Source of the DNA: Takakia lepidozioides
Lineage: Eukaryota; Plantae; Bryophyta
DNA length: 64,000 bases
Reading direction: 5' to 3'
Assembly: GCA_030704615.1 (NCBI GenBank)
Contig: CM060732.1
Span: 64,666,001-64,730,000, forward strand
Shown: positions 1 to 11,400 of the stretch, piece after piece
How positions within the stretch are numbered: position 1 is the first letter of the stretch
Layout: each line of letters begins with the position of its first letter
The notes under the pieces: model-generated
Database searches by the model: none
What the model saw: the letters and a program-made list of their open reading frames with translations, nothing else
Told to the model about the DNA's origin: nothing
Made by a program: the position numbers and the translations under genes

Positions 1-574
1 ACCATAATTTATCATAATTTACCATGATTTATCATAAGTTATCATTAGTTACCAAGCTACCGGGAGTTTATCAAATTACCGAGAGTAACTTGGGAAACTG
101 CTCAGGAAGCTTCATTTGGAGGAAATTTCTCCATCAAAATACCTCTTTTGTTTAAAGAAACTTCTCCATCAAGAAACATTTGTTTAACCTTGAAAATTTC
201 TCCATCAAGAAACCTCCATTGGGGAAGCTTCTTAGAGAACTTCCTAGTAGCCAGTATATATAGGAGGCGAGACTGGACACTCTTCAGTTTCGCCAACACA
301 AATTCAAGCTACTCTTGTTCTCAGTCCCAGTACTCCAGTCCACCTTCCAGTACTCTAGTCCAGTTTCCAGTATCTGGCACCCCAGTCCAGTTTCCAGCAG
401 TCCAGTATTCAAGTCGAGTTCCAGTATCTTATACTCTTGTCCATTGTTATAAAGATCATCTTGATTCATGTTTACCCATCATGCATTTGGCCACGCCGAC
501 CTTGACTTATTGTTTAGTCTTGTACCTCTAGTCTGATATCTTGGTTGTGTTCAGTCATGTTCTCGTCTTTGACA
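1..574 (+). mobile_element. LTR of Ty3/Gypsy (Tf1/Tcn1-like chromovirus) copy 1, truncated by the window start
   Basis: Aligns by eye with the LTR at 6344-6946 and ends ...TGACA at 574. Has TATATATA near 255 and ttacc/ccagta internal repeats. The PBS-position sequence TTGGCGAGACT follows at 577-587. Confidence 0.9.
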
Positions 575-612
575 GTTTGGCGAGACTAAAGTTTGTTCTT
601 TAGTTAGATGAT

Positions 613-1615
613 ATGGAAGACACATTTGCGGAAATGGTCGTCACTTTGCAGAGTCTTCAGCTCCAGATGCAAGAACTTTGTACCTCTACCGTCCAATTAC
701 AAGCTGATTAGTCTCAAGATCTTGACAACGCTATCCACAATTTGCAACAACAAATTTCAGAGTTAAAGGAGTCGAACAATGGATCTTCAACCATACGAGT
801 CCCCTACTGCAACAGCTCCTACTGCAACGGTTCATCTTCAACAGATTACGAGAGAACCAAATATCAGCATGCCAGAGAAATTTGATGGGACGAGATCAAG
901 ATTTCGCGGTTTTGTTCAACAAGTACGATTGTTCCTACGACTACATCCACAACGCTATCCCAATGAAGATATTCAAGTGGGATTCGTGAGCACCCTTCCA
1001 TCAGGCACTGCTCTGTCTTGGTTTGCACCGCTATTAGAAAAAAATTCGCATTTATTATACAATTTTGAAGCGTTTATGTCCGAGTTCACTGCACATTTGG
1101 AGAAAATGATAAAGAGAGAGTTGCTGAGACAAAAATGCGAAATCTTCGACAAGGATCACGTCCTACTTACATTTATGCTGTCGAATTTCAACAACTTACG
1201 TGCAACCTCGACTTGATGTGGGTTAAAAGATGATGTAAAAGATTTATTGCTGACAATACCAAATGTGAGTACACTGAGTGAATTCATCACCCAAGTCATT
1301 GCATGCGATAATCGTTTGTTCGAAAGACGTCAAGACAAACGATCTGGATGGTCGACGACGCATCATGCCACTGCTACTAATGCACTAAACACAACGATCC
1401 ATCAGACATCCGGTAGTGATCATATGCAGATTGATGTTGTCCGATTCAAGCCATTGACGCCACAAGAAAAACAAAGACGACGCTCGAATGGATTATGCCT
1501 CTATTGCGGAGAAGAAAATTATATAGCATTAAACTGCCTCAACAAGAGAAGATTCAAAGCTCGGGGCGCAACTCAAGTGTTCGGTACGAGGAGGTTGGAA
1601 AACAAAAATGTCTAA
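613..1615 (+). pseudogene. gag: Gypsy gag, copy 1 (frameshifted)
   Basis: ORFs 779..1216 and 1247..1615 carry PEKFDGTRSRFRGF, ALSWF, MQID and a degenerate zinc knuckle CLYCGEENYIALNC, typical of Tf1/sushi/PEG10-like Gag. Confidence 0.9.
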
Positions 1616-1739
1616 TCACAGTAGGGACCATGCGGCTCGAAACCACAAATTTCTTACAAAAAAAAAAATCTCTTTCTACCTCCAGACCCTACACTTTGCT
1701 TCACAGTTCCGTTAAAATCCAGAGTGCAAAATCATGTTA

Positions 1740-2204
1740 CAAACGATTTCGAATTCAAAGATGACTTACTCTACTTCAAGGGACTTATCTATGTACCTCT
1801 AGGACCTATATGACTTCGAATTCTTCAAACAGGTCATGATCTTCCGGCTGCAGGACATTTCGGCTTGAACAAAACAATGGAATTGATATTCAGGGACTAT
1901 TGGTGGCCGCAGATGTGGAAACTCGTGAAATAATTTATAAAATCTTGCAACACGTGTGTTAGAGCGAAAGGACCACGACATCGACCTTACGGCCTTCTTT
2001 AACCATTACCCATTCCCAAGGGTCCATGATCGTTCGTGTTTATGGACTTTATTACGGACCTTCCAATTTCCAAGACCACCGATTCAATCCTTGTTATTGT
2101 AAATCGTTTTACGAAGATGACACATTTCATCCCATTTAATAAGACGGTTACCGGCGAGGAAACTGCAAGACTCTTCATCAATAATATCTACCGTATTCAT
2201 GGAC
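1740..2204 (+). pseudogene. Gypsy integrase N-terminal part (HHCC and start of rve core); PR/RT/RNaseH deleted upstream
   Basis: Reads HDLPAAGHFG..KTMELIFRDYWWPQM..CNTC..MDFITDLP..VNRFTKMTHF..IYRIHG with stops. Only ~120 bp separate it from the gag end. Confidence 0.9.
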
Positions 2205-2735
2205 GTAACGTCACAAACAGATGCGGTTCCAAATCGCCTCTCTAGCATGTTGGCTTCACGTTCCATTCTTCTCCACAAAGCGCCAACGGCCTACTAAGTT
2301 GCTTCGTGTGCAACCGTTCCCTTCACTTGCATCCCCCACACCACAATATCAAAGCCACTTAACCAATCATATGTAGACACCTCATAAGTTGTTCCATGTC
2401 ACAGACTCTCCATGTCATGACGACATGTGATGATCTGGCAGAATACATTAGAGTGGCAGTCATGAAGTCATATGTCCGTCTAGCAATATGCACACGTCAT
2501 TCACGTATGGGCATGACCCTGACTGGTAGTCATATCCACCATGGCAATATTCCTGGTCAAAGGGTGTTTGACCTGTGTTGCGCAAAGTTCGGAGTCATAC
2601 AGTCGCATAACCGGCTTCGTCGTGATCTATGTTATGACTTCAAAAGGCATTTACGACTGCAAATGGCATTTCTGCCACAAATTGGTCGTGACTGCGCACC
2701 CATGGGAGTCATAAAAGCCGCAATCTGTTGTAGTG
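2205..2735. mobile_element. Displaced terminal segment of the inner CACTA element (subterminal repeats plus TIR)
   Basis: AAAAGCCGCAATCTGTTGTAGTG ends at 2735 and matches AAAAGCCGTTTTTTGTTGTAGTG ending at 20706. Flank CAC (2736-2738) is the reverse complement of GTG (20707-20709), giving a 3-bp TSD. Many CATGAC/GTCAT motifs. Confidence 0.88.
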
Positions 2736-4636
2736 CACACAACAAATGAGACTATTTCTCATGTTATGGGCTCACCACTCAACCTGTTCAAGGCAGTTTC
2801 TTCACCGCCACCAAAGCCAAACACAATAGGCTCATTGTTTGGGCTTTCAGAAATGGAGGGGGATGATGACATGGAGGGTTGGTCTGAAGGTGAACTCAAT
2901 CCATCCCCCCATATTGTTGAGGCAACTGCAAAGTGTTCATCCGTTTTGTTGTCCCCTACACCAGTAGCACTTCCAGCATATGTACTACCCTCTCAATATG
3001 CCTGTGAGGTCTCCATGAATTTGCAGAGTGCCCCACAGAAAGGTGTGTCTTTTGTACATGATAATCATGTACAAGTTGTTGGTAATTGCCCTTCGGCAAC
3101 TGAGAGGCAGAAACACATCCTTATACTTGACTTGAATGGATTGTTATGTGAGAGCAGACTACGAACAAGGGAACACCTAGAGCCCACTGTCACCTCCAGA
3201 CCTGGGTGTCAGGAGTTTCTGGACCGATGCCTTCAGATTTTTGATGTAGGTGTATGGTCTTCCATGTCATTGAGTAATGTCCTTCCAGTTGTGAAAGCAT
3301 TGTTTCCTGGGAAGCAACCAAAGATGGTGCTTCACCAAGACTATTGTGACCAACCTGTGGGAATGGTGGACCCTCTCAATCCTTCTAAAACTGTCATGTA
3401 CAAGAACTTATGTAAGTTTTGGAAGGACTACAGCCATTACAATCCAACCAATACTTTGCTGGTGGACGATTCCCCACTCACTTGCTTACCCAACCCTGCA
3501 AATAATTGCATCTTCCCGTATCCATGGAAGTTGAGGGATCAGCCAAACTGCAAGAGGCTTATGAAAGAATTACTGCCTTGGTTAGAGGGTGTATCCAAGG
3601 CTGCACACATCCCTGAGTATGTGTCAGGGCACCCATATAGATATGGGCAGCCCAACTACTTGTTCAATACTGCAGCCATGGGTAGTGGATCACAACAATC
3701 TGCAAAGGCATCCGAACCAGGGCTTCCTGCTGCCAGAGTTCCAACGACTTTGCCTCCCGATGCAACAACAAAGCATAATCAAAGAAATGTGAGAGCAAAA
3801 GATTAAATGCTTGGGCGCGTGGGTGGATTTGTATTGTTAATGCTACTTCACAATGTGTGTCATTCGTGCTATTCTCATTTTTTGATCATGTGTCATTCAA
3901 TATGCAGATGGTGAAACCAGTGAAGCGTTCAATGGGCAGGGAAAGCACAATATGTGCTATCAATCAGACTACAACCACAGTGGATGTAATTGAACCATGG
4001 GGTGACCAACAAAATCCGCACAGTGTAAGTACTTCCTTTGTCCTCTTTTGTTTCCTTGTCTGATGCTAGATCAATACACCCCCTATGTATCGTTGTGTAG
4101 CTGCAGGATTGACAACCTACAAAGGTAGTTTTGTGACATCGTCCTACCACATCCATGTTGACCATGCAGAACCTGCTATCAACTAGGTATGGCACCGTTC
4201 CACCTTTGATCATGTCAGCATGGAGTATAGAGACAGGCAAATGCAATTCAGAATTGGAAGTACTGCAATAGGTAGGGTTGGGGTGTTTGCTGGAAGAACG
4301 AGGATGCATTTTGTAGGAGTGCCAAGCTGTCAGTCTCTGTTCTCCAGGGTTCATTTCTGATATAGGAATCTGGTTTTTGTTGCAGTTTCAGATCGGCGAC
4401 AAGGTGTTATTGTTTGATCCTTGTGCACCAAAAGAAGGGCAGGTGTGGGATATATTGCTGGATTTCTGAAAGCAAATGTGCCAGACAACTATTACCGTAT
4501 CCATGTGAAATCGGTCATGATTTCAGAGGTTGTGTTGCCGTACCCGGACTACTCTGTTACCCCTAATCATACCACATTGGGTGACACGCAGGGAAGTGCC
4601 ACCTTATGGTCTGAAAAGTTTATTAAACACGCGTGA
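2736..4636 (+). pseudogene. 3' part of the outer-CACTA TnpA-like gene: FCP1/NIF-type HAD phosphatase domain plus C-terminal En/Spm-type domain
   Basis: ORF 2733..3806 has ILILDLNGLL, RPGCQEFL, VGVWSS, KNL, TLLVDDSP. Probable later exons are ~3909-4024 and 4386-4636 (..LPYPD..TLGDTQGSATLWSEKFIK). Joins in frame to the minus-strand ORF at 20707 through the TSD. Confidence 0.82.
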
Positions 4637-5249
4637 TATTGAAGATGCTACAAGTTTAGTTTAGTTTTCTTTATGGATTGAAGGTTGCTGAGACAGGTGA
4701 ACAAAACTGCTCTTCTGACATGAACAATATTTTTGAATTGATGCTCTTGCTATTCTCATGTATGATCACAAGATCCCCTTGTTCAAAGGCAACTTCATTT
4801 TCCCACATCAAGCCAAATTAAACTTGTGTAGACATGAATGTGGTATTTTGCTGGTTGTTTGCTATATTTAATATTAATAACATTACTACTGGTCAATGTG
4901 GTTCATAATACAATTATTATCCATGTTTTAAATAAGCTTTTGTTTAAATGAAACAAAATAAATCAAAATTCTAAAACAATAATATATTACATATTAAATC
5001 AAGCAGCCAATGGCTTTTGGGGTGCTATCCCATTTATTATAAGAATAATAATAATAATAATATGACTATTCATTTTGGCATTTGTCAACAAATAATAATT
5101 GTTTACTTTTCATCCAATAGGAACAAAACAGTGGATGTGACAGTATTCACACTAGTGTCATTGCGATCACACCACGACTTGAACCTGGTGATAAATCTGT
5201 GTGAGAGAGTCCGTAAGAAGAGCCCTTAATATCTATTATTTATTTAATA

Positions 5250-5602
5250 ATTCTGATGGACTCTATTACGTGGCATTCCCTTTGACATACATGTGGCAAA
5301 CATGGTGGCGCCGAGGTGTAATAAGTACCGTAGAAAGACCATTAAGATTACTTAGTCAAAATAGTAGTTGAACTAACCAGTCAAAACGACCGTCAAAATA
5401 TCCGTCAAAAGAGCCACCTAAGCCTACTGCCACATCAGGTGCAAGTTTGGTGTGAGATGGTTTTTTTCACAGGACCAAGAAAGTTCACATGTGGTGCAAA
5501 GGACTAGGTTAACCTAACACCAAGGGGGGGTGTAAACTTGCGCTTTTTTCACACCAAAATGTGTGAGAAGAGCCATTAAAAAAACCAGTTTCTGTACTAG
5601 TG
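5250..5602. mobile_element. Displaced terminus of the outer CACTA element
   Basis: AAAAACCAGTTTCTGTACTAGTG ends at 5602 and matches AAAAACCGGTTTCTATAGTAGTG ending at 31803. Flank CAT (5603-5605) is the reverse complement of ATG (31804-31806). GTCAAAA subterminal repeats. Confidence 0.88.
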
Positions 5603-5609
5603 CATCTGT

Positions 5610-5760
5610 GTCGAGTCTGATTGTGAGAGACGACAAACAGGACGGAGCTGTGTTTGCTTTCTTATAGTGTCGAGTCTGATCATGAGAGACGTCGAATAGG
5701 GCGGAGCTATGTTTGTTGGGGTCGAGTTTGATCATGAGAGACGACGAGCGGAGTTGGTGG
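5610..5760 (+). repeat. Three degenerate ~55-bp tandem units
   Basis: GTCGAGTCTGAT(T/C)..GAGAGACG..GCGGAG(C/T)T recurs at ~5610, ~5668 and ~5721. Confidence 0.75.
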
Positions 5761-6300
5761 GATTCAACCCGGTGTTGGAGTTCTTCCAGGAATTGCGGAG
5801 GAACTACCAAGGTGTACGGACAGAGAAGCTGCGAAGTTTGCAAGACTTCCAGCGCAAACCCAGTGAGAGCTTGCGAGAGGCCTACACTCGTATGAGGCGC
5901 TTGATAAGTGTGATCCAAGGGGTTACTGAAGCTCAGGCAATCCAGTTCTGGTATGGAATTTTGGACAAGGAGCTCAGGAGAAGGGTACGGGATGCAACCC
6001 TGTTACAAGCAGCCCAACCCACATTAGCAGATGTGTTTCTGCTGGCTGAGCGGATTGAGCTCAACATGGTGGAGGAGCGAGTTGTTACCATTGGGTTTGG
6101 CAAGGACATGCCTGCATGAGGCGCAGCTGCCAGCCCACAGGCACAAGGGACTGCCCAACAGCGTGGTCAGGGGGGCAAGGTTTCCCAACCCAAGTTCCAT
6201 GGAGCTTACAGGGGACCTCAGGTGCAGAGGCCCGTGGCATCTTTTGCAGGCCAACAGCAACCAGGGGTGATATGTTGGACATGTGGAGGACCCCATGTCA
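5709..6300 (+). pseudogene. Gag fragment of a different LTR retrotransposon
   Basis: ORF 5709..6119 (LQDFQRKPSESLREAYTRMRRL..QFWYGIL) resembles a retrotransposon Gag capsid. A truncated knuckle CWTCGGPH lies near 6270-6296. Confidence 0.7.
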
Positions 6301-6343
6301 CTTACAGTGCTTCAAGATTTTGCAGAGTATTTTTCATTTCAGC

Positions 6344-6946
6344 TGTCACGAACATGGCCCAGAAGAACTTACCAGGAGTAAATACCATAAGTTATCAAGT
6401 TACCATGTTACCAAAAGTTACCGTGATCTACCATGAGCTACCATGATTTATCATAAGTTACCATTAGTTATCAAGTTATCGGGAGTTTACCAAATTACCG
6501 AAAATAACTTGGGAAACTGCTCAGGAAGCTTCCTTTGGAGGAAACTTCTCCATCAAGATACCTCCTTTGTGTAAGGAAACTTCTCCATCAAGAAATCTCC
6601 TTTGGGGAAGCCTCTTAGGGAACCTCCTAGTAGTCAGTATATATAGGAGGCGAGACTGGACACTCTTCAGTCTCGCCAACACAATTTCAAGCTACTCTTG
6701 TTTCCAGTCCCAGTACTCCAGTCCAGCTTCCAGTACTCTAGTCTAGTATCTAGTACTCCAGTCCAGTTTCCAGCATTCCAATATCCAAGTCAAGTTCCAG
6801 TATCTTGTACTCTTGTCCATTGTTATAAAGATCATCTTGATTCATACCCATCATGCACTCGGCCACGCCGACCTTGACTTCTTGTCTAGTCTTGTACCTC
6901 TAGTCTGATCTCTTGTTTGTGTTCAGTCATGCTCTCGTCCCTGACA
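6344..6946 (+). mobile_element. Complete 603-bp 5' LTR of Gypsy copy 2
   Basis: TGTCA...TGACA inverted termini, TATATATA at 6638-6645, high similarity to 1-574. Confidence 0.92.
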
Positions 6947-6948
6947 GT

Positions 6949-6959
6949 TTGGCGAGACT
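6949..6959 (+). promoter_or_regulatory. Self-priming primer-binding site
   Basis: TTGGCGAGACT is the exact reverse complement of AGTCTCGCCAA at 6669-6679, which lies ~24 nt after the TATA box. It is not the usual tRNA-iMet PBS. Confidence 0.8.
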
Positions 6960-6984
6960 AAAGTTTGTTCCTTAGTTAGTTAAG

Positions 6985-8068
6985 ATGGAAGCACATTTGC
7001 GGAAATGGTCGCCACATTGCAGAGTCTTCAGCTCCAGATGTAAGAACTTCGTACCTCTACCGCCCAATTACAAATTCAAGATCTTGGCAACGCTCTCCAC
7101 AATTTGCAACAACAAATTTCAGAGTTAAAGGAGTCGAACAATGGATCTTCAACCATACGAGTCTCTATTGCAACAGATCCTACTGCAACGGTTCATCTTC
7201 AACAGATTACGAGAGAACCAAAGATCAGCATGCCCGAGAAATTTTATGGGGCAAGATCACGATTTCGCGGTTTTGTTCAACAAATACGACTGTTCCTACG
7301 ACTACATCCACAACGCTACCCCGATGAAGGTATTCAAGTGGGATTCCTGGGCACCCTTTTATCAGACACTGCCCTATCTTGGTTTGCACCGCTATTAGAA
7401 AAAAATTCGTATTTCCTATACAATTTTGAAGCATTCATGTCCGAGTTCACTGCAACGTTTGGAGAAAATGATAGGGAGAGAGTTGCAGAGACAAAGATGC
7501 GAAATCTTCGACAAGGAGTACGTCCTGTTTCCGTTTATGCTGCCGAATTTCGACAACTTGCGTGCGACCTCGACTGGAATGAGAAAAGCCTCATTAGTCA
7601 GTTTCGATGTAGGCTAAAGGAGGATGTAAAATATTTATTGCTAACAATGCCAAACATGAGCACACCGAGCGAATTCATCACCCAAGTCATTGTATGCGAT
7701 AATCGTTTGTTTGAAAGACGTCAAGAGAAGCGATCTGGATGGTCGACGACGCATCATGACGCTGGCTACACCGGCACGAAACACAACGATCTATCAGACA
7801 TCCGGTAGTGATCATATGCAAATTGATGTTGTCCGATTCAAGCCATTGACGCCACAAGAAAAACAAAGACGACGCTCGAATGGATTATGTCTCTATTGCG
7901 GAGAAGAAGACCACATAGCATTAAACTGCCCCAACAAGAGACGATTCAAAGCTCGGGGCGCAACTCAAGTGTTCGATACGAGGAGATCGGAAAACGAAGA
8001 TGTCCAGTCACAGTAGGGACCATGCGGCTGGACACCACAAATTCCTCACCAAAAAAAGGTCTCTTTCT
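6985..8068 (+). pseudogene. gag: Gypsy gag copy 2 and gag-pol junction, truncated at ~8068
   Basis: ORFs 7104..7808 and 7690..8016, intact CCHC knuckle CLYCGEEDHIALNC, slippery GGAAAAC at 7989-7995. Confidence 0.9.
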
Positions 8069-8458
8069 GTTTTTGAGCTTCTACGAGGTGGAATGTAAGC
8101 TCCTTGTGAATCGTAGCAAGGTTTTCTGCAATAGGGCTTCAAATAGTCTTCATGGGGAAAGGGTTTGCTCGATGATGATGACCATAATTGGAGAAAAATG
8201 GAGTTTAATTGGTCGAAGAATGTATAGTGTTGTTGTAGGCAAACTCAGCTAATGGCAGAAGGTCTGTCCAATTATCTTGGTGATAATTTATCGTACAACG
8301 AAGATACATCTCCAAAATCTGGTTTACACGTTCGGTTTGACCATCAGTCTATAGATGATTAACTGTAGAGAGGTTGATCTTAGTATCCAATATGTGAAAT
8401 AATCCCCTCCAAAAATTTGATATGAATTGTGGTCCTCGATCAGATACAATGTCCTTCG
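8069..8458 (-). pseudogene. Inverted Gypsy integrase core, the continuation of copy 1
   Basis: Minus strand reads [49 protein letters not shown]. It begins where 1740-2204 stops (IYRIHG). Confidence 0.88.
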
Positions 8459-8461
8459 TAC

Positions 8462-11400
8462 ACATCCACATCAACCAACTCCTCATCATTGGACTCTGAA
8501 TCTCCATCGCAACTGTCCTCCGTGGGACATAGATGTGCTTCCTCAGATCGCATGTCTCTGTAAAGTGAAGCAACCTCTTCAGGTGTCACTTGGATGGTCT
8601 GGCCCACCCTGTCACTAGCAACATTGGTCTCTTCAATGTGATTGGGGGATAAGAGGCCTGATACACTTGCAATATCATCGTTGCAAATGCTCACATCAGA
8701 AACAGCCCTGCGTGACCTGGGGTTTTTTTCCAGCACCACGTTCCATCTCGGTTCATTCACACACTCAGAGAAAAAAACTTGCTCGACCTGTGATGGGAGC
8801 ACAAAAGGCTGTTCAAGTGGAGGCAACAAGTGGGAGAAATTCACCAATGTGAAGCCAGACTCATCCTGCTTCATTGACACAGGCTGAGAGCCCACACGTC
8901 GTGCACGTACCCATGAACACAATAGCACCGTGGTGTTTGTGGAGCCATAATCCAATTCTAAAATCTCCTTTATGACACCCATATACCGTACGCTTTCCAC
9001 CACCTGCTCACGGTCAATGCAAGTACTGTCATGCTGGAAAACAGTAGAGACCCCGAGTCATATGTCACAAAGGGCTGTTGAGTCCATCTGAGTAACCCTG
9101 AAGTGGTTTCCATAAGCCGACATGCTCTTGTATGATGTTGCGATTACTGATGGGGGTTTGGACATGTCCAACAATTCCTTGCAGGCTGAATCAGTAGCAT
9201 GGTTGGCAACACTTGACACATGCTGGCGGACTGCTTTTACCAGCCATTCTGCAAAGTGAGGGAGAGCACGGATCTTGTTCTGGTTAGTAGCATTTCAGTC
9301 TCCAACCTGCATTTCTCCACCTCATAGGACCTGCCAACACACGCACAACCACAGAAATTTATCTAGTGCAACCCCTGCAGCCGATGGAAGAACTACTGCA
9401 CACACACCTATACAAAGCATACCCATGCATAGCAGGTACCAGAACGTTTGCCACTTACCCCAACATAATGCTCAAACTGGGATGGTTGTGAATGACGTAG
9501 TCGTGGACAAGCTGCAACAATTCGAGGGTCAACCTCCGTGGTTGACCAACTCCTTCCAATACCCCCGCACACTGATTCCTCCTCTCCTGCATCCCACACT
9601 CTCCGCCTAGTAGCATCAACAGAAGACAAGTACTCTGTACAAAATCAAACACGTAGCCCTCCGCCATACTGCCCTTAGGCTTCGCCAAGTTTCGCACATA
9701 CCCTTTAAAATCCTTCATTGCTCTCTCCACCGGGTACATCCACCGAGAAGCTATAGGTCCACACAAATCCACCTCATCCACCAAGTGGATAAGTAAATGT
9801 GTCATAACATCAAAAAATGAGGTGGGAACTCTTTCTCTAGAAGACAAAGAGTCACTGCCACCACCTTCTTCAATTCCTCATGCTCGGTGGGATCAATGAA
9901 TTTTGCACAAAGCTTGCGAAACACACGGGACACTCTTAGTATGGCATTGCGAACCCCAGGCGCCATCAACCCACATAGAGCAAGTGGGAGGATCTGTTGC
10001 ATTAGCATGTGATAATCATGTGACTTCAATTGGCTCAACTTTTGTTTGACCACATGTTTTTTGAAAGCAGAGGCATAGCCGGTGGGTACTTTCAGATTCG
10101 TGATAATCTCCAGGAACACCGCTGCTCTGGTTTTGTGAGCACATATGGCGCATCAGGCATTACCAATGTATCCACTCTGGTGGGATGGCGTCGTAACCAA
10201 AGAGGCTTTCGAATGCCCTGCAATTCCATATCGCGGCGAACTTGCATCGTGTCCTTCTCGCCGAAAATAGTCTTGATTATGTTCTCCGTCACGTTCTTCT
10301 CGCAATGCATGGTATCAAAAGTGTGGCGGATGATAAGATGCTGCACCATGTGGTCTAACAAATTAGGCACATTGCAATGCAGTCATGAATGATGTTTACA
10401 GCACAGGTTCAGTAAACAAACAATCATGCACAATGAAAAACCAATGCACTGTTTTGTTCCCAAAACACATGTGTGGTAATCGCACCTCCCAGTAAGGCAA
10501 GTCAAACAGAATGGACAATCGTTTTACGCCATGGAGCTTGGAGGGATCGTTCTGTGCGCCTACAGTCCCACCATCATCAATCCATTGTTTGTAATGTCGT
10601 GCACGCTCCTTGATTTCGGTGGCTGTCACTGTATGTGGAGCAGGTCTCATGTCTCGCGCCCCATTAAAAAGTCTGGATCTTCTATAGGCATGATTGTGGG
10701 AAGATAGCGTCGATGCCCCTGGAATATCAATTTCTTACAAGCTGGGGAATATCTGGAATCGACTTGAGGTCCACATGCTGGACAAGCAGAGTACCCTTGG
10801 TGAACCTGACCTGATAACAAGCCATAGGCGGGGAAGTCATGTATGGACCACATGAGGACTGCACGCATGTTAAAAGCCCGCTCTCCTTCAATGGCTGCCA
10901 CATCCACGGCTGCAACTCCCACCCACAATGTCGTTAGCTCCTCCACTAGTGGTTGCAGGTAAACATCCACATTTTCACTTGTCACAGATTCCTTTCCAGA
11001 AATGAGGAGTGTTAACATGACAAAAAAATTCTTCGTTACCAACCATGGAGGTAGATTATAATTGAGCACCATGATGGGCCAGGTGGACCAAGAAGTGGAT
11101 TTGGTGCCATAAGGATTGACCCCATCCAGTGCCAATCCAAGACGCAGATTTCTTGGATCTGAAGCAAAATCCGGCCATGTGTTGTCAATATGGCACCAAG
11201 CCTTACTGTCTGCAGCATGCCGGACCATGCCATCTGCACTTCTATGATTGTTGTGCCACTTCATGAGCTCTGCCAGCGTCTTAACTCGAAACATCCGTTT
11301 CAATCTAGGTATGAGAGGAAAGTATCGCAACACCTTCTTGGGCACCTTCCCACGGCCGTCCATGTCGACGACTATGGCACTTGGGGCAATTAGCAGCCTT

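Noticed and set aside
2733-3806. Stand-alone host CTD-phosphatase gene
   Set aside because: The GTG 'start' is the last three bases of a CACTA TIR. The ORF lies inside the outer CACTA and continues the gene broken at 20707.
1-6946. One intact LTR element bounded by LTRs 1-574 and 6344-6946
   Set aside because: Both LTRs are followed by a PBS and gag, so both are 5' LTRs. No polypurine tract precedes 6344, and their shared orientation results from the inversion.
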